NCBI GenBank assembly: GCA_965205915.1
Contig: OZ242191.1
Span: 1,070,003-1,134,002 of the forward strand
From: Dehalococcoidia bacterium
GTDB lineage: Bacteria > Chloroflexota > Dehalococcoidia > UBA6926
Direction of reading: 5' to 3'
Length of the DNA: 64,000 bases
The notes beneath the pieces were generated by a model. The model was given only the letters and a program-made list of their open reading frames with translations, was not told where the DNA came from and did no database searches. Numbering within the stretch: position 1 is the first letter of the stretch; every line of letters starts with the position of its first letter. The position numbers and the translations under genes were made by a program. Shown in pieces: positions 57,415 to 64,000 of this stretch.

Positions 57415-57420
57415 CAACAC

Positions 57421-58110
57421 TCAGGCATTCCGCAGGTTAATCACGTGCCCTTCACCTACGGCCCTCTTAAGTTGGGCACCAAGGTTCCCATCAAGGTCGC
57501 CAAGGTAGACGTCAACATCCTGTTCCTTGAGATTTTGAATGACTTCTGAATAGTCCCGATCCTTCGCAATGAAGACGAGTATTGTTTCTTGCGGCTCTTG
57601 GCCACAGTCACTTCTGACCTGGGAAATGAGTTCCTCGTCCATATTGATGTCGTCTTCCCATACACGCCACCCGGTTTCCGTAAGATTTTCGGTTGCCGCA
57701 GCCTGGTTCACTCCGGCAAAAGCCTTGAACCTCTGATATGAGGTACCGATAAAACGTTTTTGTAAGGCAGTCCTGATTCCGTCACTTACACCCTGAACTC
57801 TATTGGCTGCTCTTCCTACGTTTTGGAAGTCCCAGAAAACTAATAGTCGTGTCCGTCCAGTCGTCTTCTTGGCCATTGGCCGCCTCCTTCTAAAGAACTC
57901 CGGTGTGAATTTGCGTTCCGTCGCAATGCTGTAGAACTTCGCCAAGTTCTTGGCATCGGGAGGAGTTGCGCCCGTCTCCCATCGAGACAAGGTATTCTGT
58001 GGGACACCGAGCAATTCGGCCATTGCGGTCTGTTTTAGCTCCAGTTTTGTTCTAAGCTCCACAAGCGCCTGGTGCCGGAACTCATACCTGTCCCGCTCCT
58101 CTGTTGTCAC
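57421..58110 (-). CDS. HTH-XRE (Cro/C1) fused to a NYN (PIN-like, LabA) nuclease domain
   Basis: N-terminal 'QTAMAELLGVPQNTLSRWETG' HTH. C-terminal 'LLVFWDFQNV...LVFIAKDRDYSEVIQNLKEQDVDVYLGD' NYN acidic residues. Low GC. Confidence 0.6.
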   Translation of the reverse strand: MTTEERDRYEFRHQALVELRTKLELKQTAMAELLGVPQNTLSRWETGATPPDAKNLAKFYSIATERKFTPEFFRRRRPMAKKTTGRTRLLVFWDFQNVGRAANRVQGVSDGIRTALQKRFIGTSYQRFKAFAGVNQAAATENLTETGWRVWEDDINMDEELISQVRSDCGQEPQETILVFIAKDRDYSEVIQNLKEQDVDVYLGDLDGNLGAQLKRAVGEGHVINLRNA

Positions 58111-58251
58111 GGATTTGTTTCATCCTTGTCTGTGTGAGTAACATCCATAACACATTGTATCACCATTGACGGATGTATCCATAATTGTTAGCCTATAGAA
58201 CCGCAGCGGCAGGCAGGGTCCATTGGGCAGGGAAAGGGAGTATATGGAGTC

Positions 58252-58566
58252 GTGGCAAGTAATCAACCAGGCGCAGATGCACGGCCACTTCTGACAATCA
58301 GCGAACACGCGATGATTCGTTCTCAGCAGCGAGGCATATCACGCGAGGTCATCGATGTGCTGTACAAGTTCGGCTCACGCGAATGGAGCGATGGTGGGCT
58401 GGCCTTTAGCCTGGATAACAAAGCGAGGCGGCGAATGACTAAGGCCGTGGGGTCACAATTGGCGGCCGAAATGGCAGAACAGGCAAATGGCTGTTACATC
58501 GTGGTTTCTGCAGATGAGCCGGTAGTCATCACGGTGGCAAGGCAATTGCGCCGCAAGAAACGTTGA
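58252..58566 (+). CDS. DUF4258-family (BECR-fold, RelE-like) putative toxin
   Basis: 'LLTISEHAMIRSQQRGISREVIDVL' is the HAxxRxxERGI signature. C-terminal 'YIVVSADEPVVITV'. Confidence 0.6.
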   Translation: MASNQPGADARPLLTISEHAMIRSQQRGISREVIDVLYKFGSREWSDGGLAFSLDNKARRRMTKAVGSQLAAEMAEQANGCYIVVSADEPVVITVARQLRRKKR

Positions 58567-58588
58567 GCAGCACTTCACTGATACGAAC

Positions 58589-58626
58589 AGCGCCCCGGCG
58601 GGTATGAACCCGCCGGGGCGCTTTCT
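58589..58626. terminator. Bidirectional intrinsic terminator
   Basis: Perfect 15-bp inverted repeat AGCGCCCCGGCGGGT-atgaa-ACCCGCCGGGGCGCT followed by TTTCT. Lies between convergent genes. Confidence 0.55.
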
Positions 58627-58650
58627 GCTGAGTCTGTTTCGAGGCTAGCC

Positions 58651-59784
58651 CTACCGCAGGTTGCCCTGCAACTGCTCTATGGTCTCTTCGGCTTCGTTTA
58701 CCATGTCCATCAGGATCTGGAGCGCCGGCTTCTTCTCCTTCAGCATGCCGCTGATCTGGCCGGCCGGGTTGCCGATGAGGTCCAGTCGCCCCGCCTTGCG
58801 CGCGGCTCGGGTGAACGGCTCCTGGATCAGGCCCTGCAGCGGCATCGGGAGCGCATCCAGCCCGGAGGCCGCCCACTTCAGCTTCACGGCGTTCTGATAC
58901 GAGCGCTGCTGCTTGCCGGATGAGAATTTGCTCGTGGTGAACTCATCGGAGCGGCCACCAAGAATTTGCTCCTGGTGCGCCTCCGGAATGTGGTTCTCCT
59001 CTGCGACGAGGAACGCAGTGCCGACCCAAACGCCTTGCGCGCCAAGCGCGAGCGCGGCCGCTACGTGGCGACCGGTGCCGATGCCTCCCGCCGCGAGAAC
59101 GGGCCTCGGGGCGACTTCATCGACGACCTGCGGCACCAACACGAATGTTGAGATGTTGCCTGTGTGACCGCCCGCCTCCGTGCCCTGCGCGGTGATGATG
59201 TCCACGCCGGCGGCAACCTGTCGCTGCGCGTGTCGAACTGCGCCCGTCATGCCGATGAGCAACATGCCTTGCGCATGGGCCTGCTCCGCGAACCACTCCG
59301 GCGGCTCGCCGGTTGCGGCGGCGAACAGGGGCACCTTGTTGTCCAGAACGATCTCAAACTTCTTGTTGAGCAGCTCGGTGGACATAGGCTCACGCTCGGA
59401 GACATCCTCCGCCTCGAAGCCGTGCTCTTCCAAGAGCTCTTGCACGAGGGCCACGTGCCGCGGATACTGCGGCGCAACCTGCGCGTACAGATCTCGATTG
59501 CTTGCGGCGGTCACCTCGGCGCGCGTGGCGGGAACGAGGAAATCCATGCCGTACGGCCTGTCGCCTACGAGCGACTTGAGTTCGCGGATACCAGCGTCCA
59601 TCTCATCCAGATTGCGGAAGTTGTCACCGAGCACGCCGAGTCCGCCGGCGTTGGTGATGGCCGCGACCATCGCGACGGGCGTCGGCGCAACGTCCTGACT
59701 GCCTCCCACGGCCATACCGGCCAGGAGTATCGGATATTCCATGCCGAGCGTGTCGCAGAGCGGTGTTTGAAGTCTGTTTGCCAT
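58651..59784 (-). CDS. NAD(P)H-dependent flavin oxidoreductase / nitronate monooxygenase, paralog 1
   Basis: Start MANRLQTPLCDTLGMEYPILLAGMA. NMO FMN-binding blocks 'GGIGTGRHVAAALALGA'. Confidence 0.8.
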   Translation of the reverse strand: MANRLQTPLCDTLGMEYPILLAGMAVGGSQDVAPTPVAMVAAITNAGGLGVLGDNFRNLDEMDAGIRELKSLVGDRPYGMDFLVPATRAEVTAASNRDLYAQVAPQYPRHVALVQELLEEHGFEAEDVSEREPMSTELLNKKFEIVLDNKVPLFAAATGEPPEWFAEQAHAQGMLLIGMTGAVRHAQRQVAAGVDIITAQGTEAGGHTGNISTFVLVPQVVDEVAPRPVLAAGGIGTGRHVAAALALGAQGVWVGTAFLVAEENHIPEAHQEQILGGRSDEFTTSKFSSGKQQRSYQNAVKLKWAASGLDALPMPLQGLIQEPFTRAARKAGRLDLIGNPAGQISGMLKEKKPALQILMDMVNEAEETIEQLQGNLR

Positions 59785-59857
59785 TTTGTCCTCCCCTATT
59801 TTCTTTGTGGTTTCTCTATCTGCATTTCTGTTTTTGACGCCCCTGAGACTATTTCGC

Positions 59858-60988
59858 CTAGCGCAGGTTGCCTCGCATACGCTCAATGGTTTCCTCGGCT
59901 TCATTAACCATGTCCAGCAGGATTTCACGGGCGGGGCGGCGGGCCTTGAGCATTCCGCCAACCTGTCCGGCGCTCGCGGCGTCGATGTCCAGGCGGCCTG
60001 ACTGACGCGCGCCTGCGTACAGCGGCTCCATCAAGATGCCCTGCAGCGGCATCGGCAGCGGGTCAAGCCCGGACTGTCCCCATGCTTCCTTGATGGGCGT
60101 CTTGTAGCTGCGAGACTGCTTGCCGGTGTTGAACTTGGTCAGTGTAAAGTCCTCAGAGCGCCCACCGACAATCTGTTCCTGATGCTCGACCGGGATGCCG
60201 TTTTCCTCTGCCACCAGGAATGCCGAGCCGACCCATACACCCTGCGCGCCGAGCGCGAACGCCGCGGCAATTTGCCGGCCCGAGCCGACGCCGCCCGCTG
60301 CAAGCACGGGTGTGGGCGCGACGGTTTCAGCCACCTGCGGAACGAGCGGGAACGTGGCGATATTGCCGGTATGGCCACCCGCCTCGGTTCCCTGGGCGAT
60401 CATGAAATCGACGCCCGCGGCCTTCTGGCGCTGTGCGTGTCGAACTGCGCCGACGACGCCGCCCACTTTCATGCCGTGCGCGCGGGCCACGTCCATAATC
60501 ATCGCGGGATCGCCAAGACCGGCCACAAAGATGGGCACGTTGTGATCCGCGACGACCTCGAATTGGCGACGTAGGAGGTCCGGCGACATGGCCTCCGCAC
60601 TATCATCCGCAAGCGCGACATCCGGCAGGTTGTGCTCCTGCATCAGCTCCTTGACGAAGCCGACGTGCTGCGGATGGTCGCGTTCGAGCCGTTCTCGAAC
60701 CATCGCCTTTGTGTCCTGCGCGCCCATCTCCGCCATCGTGGCGGGCAACAGCAGGTCGATGCCCAACGGCCCGCTTGTGAGCTGTTTGAACTCTTTGATG
60801 CAGCGGTCGATTGTGTCCGGTTTGCGGCTGCCGCATCCCATCACGCCAAGACCACCGGCGTCCGTGACGGCTGCCGCCAGTCGTGGCGGGCTGGGCATAC
60901 GGTCATCCATGCCAAGCGACATGCCCGCCAGCAGTATCGGGTACTTGATACCAAGTAATTCAGTGAGCGGCGAATTTAGCCGATCCAT
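59858..60988 (-). CDS. NAD(P)H-dependent flavin oxidoreductase / nitronate monooxygenase, paralog 2
   Basis: 376 aa, collinear with paralog 1. The C-terminus 'MVNEAEETIERMRGNLR' is shared. Confidence 0.8.
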   Translation of the reverse strand: MDRLNSPLTELLGIKYPILLAGMSLGMDDRMPSPPRLAAAVTDAGGLGVMGCGSRKPDTIDRCIKEFKQLTSGPLGIDLLLPATMAEMGAQDTKAMVRERLERDHPQHVGFVKELMQEHNLPDVALADDSAEAMSPDLLRRQFEVVADHNVPIFVAGLGDPAMIMDVARAHGMKVGGVVGAVRHAQRQKAAGVDFMIAQGTEAGGHTGNIATFPLVPQVAETVAPTPVLAAGGVGSGRQIAAAFALGAQGVWVGSAFLVAEENGIPVEHQEQIVGGRSEDFTLTKFNTGKQSRSYKTPIKEAWGQSGLDPLPMPLQGILMEPLYAGARQSGRLDIDAASAGQVGGMLKARRPAREILLDMVNEAEETIERMRGNLR

Positions 60989-61180
60989 AATCTCATCCTC
61001 TCTCCCCAGATCACCACGCCGCGTTCGGCCACGTATTCTCGCGCCTCACGCGTCACCCACATGAGCGGTGACGGTTTATGGTAAACCCGCCATACCCTCC
61101 CCGCAAGTTTTTTGAGGGCTTCGCGCCGGTTGTCGTGCTGTTGATGGTGGTGGGGGGGGGCCGCGTTCCGGCTTGGGCGG

Positions 61181-61922
61181 TCAGGATTCGGCGATTGCCA
61201 AAACGGAGACACCCTGCTGTTGAGCCAGGTCTTGTCGCTCCGCATCAACACTTGCGCTAACGATTCCGGGAATAACATTCCGCCCCGTGACTTTGGCCAG
61301 GAGTTCGGATCGCCTTACCACGCGTTCGATGTCGCTGTCGCTGGCCGTGATAGAGATCTCGGCGGCGAAATACACCTGTGCCTGATCGGAGTCTCTTCGG
61401 CAGGCAGAGACGAGGTCAATCTGGTAGACATCTGCAAACTCGTCCACAGTAAGGCGCTCGTCGTCGACGGCATCTTCCAGCAGATCACTCAATTCTGTGC
61501 TAAATCCAGTTCGCCCACCTACGAGGACACGAGGTCGTGACAACCCAAGTCGTTGCTTCGCAATTCCAAGAAAAACCTTCTCGACACGAGACTCGTAATT
61601 GAACTCCAATCCAATGTCGAGCCTGCCAATCAATCTGTTCATGTCGGCACGGATTTCAGCAACGTCGTTGCGGATTCCACCAACGCTGGTGCGCAACTCA
61701 TTGTTGGCCGGTTTCAAATCTTTCCATGCGTTCGTGGACAAGACGAAAGTTTTCGTGCGTGGCCTCAATGAAGGAGGCCAGCTTCTGCGGCAATTGGGAA
61801 ACCTCTTCGCCAAGAACCAGCCCGCGAACGGTTTCTCTCCATTCCGGGTGCTCTCTGAGGATTCGAGCAAAATCCGATATGTCGTTGATGGTCGTCATTG
61901 TGTCCAAGTCTCCGTACTCCAA
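61181..61922 (-). pseudogene. Hypothetical gene split across two frames (61698..61922 and 61181..61870), possibly with a nuclease-like C-terminal domain
   Basis: Two protein-like ORFs overlap in different frames. A single indel near 61700 would fuse '...HERMERFETGQQ' to 'ELRTSVGGIRNDVAEIRADMNRL...'. Confidence 0.35.
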
Positions 61923-62039
61923 GTATACGCCGTGACGTTGGTTGGCGAGCGAAACAGAAAGAGTCGTGGGCGGCTATTCTAGCCGCCCACGACAGGCTTG
62001 CTCTGGATTCCCGCTTTCGCGGGAATGACGGGCGGTGAA

Positions 62040-63758
62040 CTAGCTTGCGCCGGTGCGCTGATGGCGGCCGATGTAGCCGACGATCACCATCTTGCGCTCC
62101 TCGTCCCAGGCAAACGCGAGGCGAATCTGCCCCGGCGTGCGACCGGTGCCCCGGCCGATGTGCTCCTCCAACATGTACTTCCGGCCATCGTCGGCCGTCT
62201 CGTAGTCGGAGCGATACTTGCCGACGGTGATGTCAGACTGGAAGGGTCGGTAGCGCCAGCCACAGGTCGTGAACAGGGAGACATCCAGGTTTCCGACGGG
62301 TTTTTCACCCGTCCTGGAATCGCGATATGTGGTGGCTAGCCACTCAAGCGCGCTGTAGACCTGGTTGGGCTGATCGAAATACATCTTCCGATCTGAACTG
62401 TTGTTGAGGGCGAGACTGAGTCCGTGTGACCACCGATTCTCGACGAATTCCAGTACAGAGGCCACATCACCGAAATCCGGGGGGGCCTCCAGGGTCTCTT
62501 CCTCCGTCTTTTGAGCGTCGATGTAGCTGAGCCGGGTCGATTCGGCCTCGTAGCGCAGTTCCCGGTGTTCCTGCTTGAGATCCTGGTAGTCCTTCGTCGC
62601 AGCCTGTGTCACCGACTTCAACTCATAGTTCTCTCGCTGCAAAGCCTCCACCATTTCGCGGAGGAACTGCCTCTCAAAATGGTCCGCCCCATCTGTGGGG
62701 GCAGGCGCAGGGATTTCCTCATCCGTGGTCTCGTCATCGGACGGGATGATCTCCTCGATGATCGGCTCCGGTTCGACGAGTGTTGCCGTGTCTTCCAGAG
62801 TGTCCAGCGCCCCGATGATCTGCTCGCGGAGCGCGACCCGTTCTGCGGTTCGTCGGGCCTCCTCGCTATAGGTTGCCCCCGTCTCTCGCAGCGCCTCGTA
62901 GCGTTCGAGGAGTTCTGCCAGAGTGTCGAGGGCGTCACGCACCAATGCGGCGTCCGCCCACGGCCCGGTTCTATGCGGCAGCCTTTCGGCGCCGTCCCAC
63001 TCAAAGAACGCAAGCAGTTCGTCATGAGCGTCTAGCACTTCCGCGATGCGGCTGCCGATGCCGGTTGCGTGCTCATTCTCCCTGGTCTTGTCAACTCGAA
63101 GTTCAGTTACATCGTGCATGAGCTGCGTGAGCGAGGCGTCCCACTCCGGGCAGTCAGACGGCAGGGAACGGAGCGCGCCAAGGAAATCGTCAAACATCCG
63201 CTGGGCCTCTGTGGGCTCAGCAGACTCCTCCGGTTGCTCGTCTTCCGCCTGTTGCGCGATGTCCCGAAAGGTCAATGCGACCATCAGATTCACGTCGTCA
63301 GCCGAGTACTGTGGATTCGCCGCAGTGATTGCCGCCGGAACGTCGTCGTGAGGGGAATCGTCGGTGGCCACCATGCCATCGGACTCGTCGGCCTCAATCT
63401 CTACGTCGGGCTGATTCAAGACCGCCTCGACGACCGCGCCAAGTTCCAATCGGGATTCCTGCCACACCGTCAGGACAGCCTCCGCGATTGGGGCGACGAC
63501 GAGCGCCGCCTTGCGGACGGGCTGGATGAGCATGATGGCGGGGGCGTCCGGAACACTGGATTCACGGAATCCGCGAACGGACACATTACCTATGAGGGCG
63601 TTGTTGAGGGCGACCCTGGCCCCTTCCGAGACCCTTGTTCTGTTGGCGAGCGACCATCTGACAACGTTCGTCTGATGTTCCTCATCCAATGATTCAAACA
63701 ATGAACGAAGCCCTGAATCGCCGATGTCAACGATTTCCGGGCGCAATGCGACAACCAT
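62040..63758 (-). CDS. Large hypothetical protein with an acidic N-terminal two-thirds and a basic C-terminal domain
   Basis: 572 aa, no recognised family. C-terminal '...HIGRGTGRTPGQIRLAFAWDEERKMVIVGYIGRHQRT'. Contains an internal C7 tract at 62474..62480. Confidence 0.45.
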   Translation of the reverse strand: MVVALRPEIVDIGDSGLRSLFESLDEEHQTNVVRWSLANRTRVSEGARVALNNALIGNVSVRGFRESSVPDAPAIMLIQPVRKAALVVAPIAEAVLTVWQESRLELGAVVEAVLNQPDVEIEADESDGMVATDDSPHDDVPAAITAANPQYSADDVNLMVALTFRDIAQQAEDEQPEESAEPTEAQRMFDDFLGALRSLPSDCPEWDASLTQLMHDVTELRVDKTRENEHATGIGSRIAEVLDAHDELLAFFEWDGAERLPHRTGPWADAALVRDALDTLAELLERYEALRETGATYSEEARRTAERVALREQIIGALDTLEDTATLVEPEPIIEEIIPSDDETTDEEIPAPAPTDGADHFERQFLREMVEALQRENYELKSVTQAATKDYQDLKQEHRELRYEAESTRLSYIDAQKTEEETLEAPPDFGDVASVLEFVENRWSHGLSLALNNSSDRKMYFDQPNQVYSALEWLATTYRDSRTGEKPVGNLDVSLFTTCGWRYRPFQSDITVGKYRSDYETADDGRKYMLEEHIGRGTGRTPGQIRLAFAWDEERKMVIVGYIGRHQRTGAS

Positions 63759-63898
63759 ACCGTTGGCCTCCTACTTCCCTGCGCTTCCCTGCCGCCACCT
63801 TGACGGCCATTAAATGATAAACCAGCGACGCAACGGTCGCCCGCGAAATGCGACCTGAGATTGGTTTGGGGGCTACGATGGTGGTAAGGAATCCAAAG

Positions 63899-64000
63899 GA
63901 CAGAAAGGATCTACTTCGATGGCCACGTTTGGCGACCTCGAACGCGCGCTGGCAGACCTGTACGAGTACCGGTGGATTATCGGTCTCGGCGTCATCCTGC
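63899..64000 (+). CDS. 5' end of a hypothetical membrane protein, truncated by the window edge
   Basis: MATFGDLERALADLYEYRWIIGLGVIL... Confidence 0.25.

Noticed and set aside
58651-59961. 436-aa version of the first NMO gene, whose N-terminus overlaps the upstream paralog
   Set aside because: The conserved NMO N-terminus begins at MANRLQTPL (ATG 59784). The extension is non-homologous and overlaps the other gene.
1-64000. CRISPR arrays, transposases and integrases
   Set aside because: I looked for short direct repeats with unique spacers and for DDE or tyrosine-recombinase motifs. None were found. The tandem repeats present are protein-coding LRR units or REP elements.

Overview
This is a GC-rich (about 65%) bacterial chromosomal segment. 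Both strands are densely coding and the gene content is consistent with a Chloroflexota-like organism, although no organism can be assigned from the sequence alone.

The housekeeping backbone comprises an RluA-family pseudouridine synthase fragment, gltX, tRNA-Asp, a ROK kinase, recQ, mutY, a Ham1-like NTPase, uvrA, qor, an XDH-family molybdenum subunit, msrA and msrB, an oppBCDF-type peptide ABC transporter with a distal family-5 binding protein, a Trp/Leu/Cys tRNA cluster, relA/spoT, rpsT, tRNA-Leu, and two tandem nitronate-monooxygenase paralogs.

Between these sit several visibly lower-GC accessory islets:
- an McrBC restriction system;
- an AlbA_2/Schlafen-like gene plus a type IIG/PglX-like methyltransferase C-terminal remnant, lodged between two copies of a vapC gene, one of which belongs to a vapBC pair;
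- a DUF3800 gene beside the tRNA cluster;
- a divergent HTH-NYN / DUF4258 pair;
- two hypothetical two-gene modules.

The most striking content is two clusters of secreted lipoproteins built from plant-type leucine-rich repeats (LRR). The first is a three-gene tandem array at 18.6-23.8 kb. It carries near-identical 72-bp internal repeats and has co-duplicated the 5' end of qor. The second is a two-gene cluster at 32.5-35.2 kb with a plant receptor-like N-cap motif; one of its genes is split across two frames at a C7 tract.

Two families of palindromic REP/MITE-like repeats litter the intergenic regions and generate spurious ORFs (translations such as IPAFAGMT and CHSERSEESK). There is no CRISPR array, transposase or integrase.
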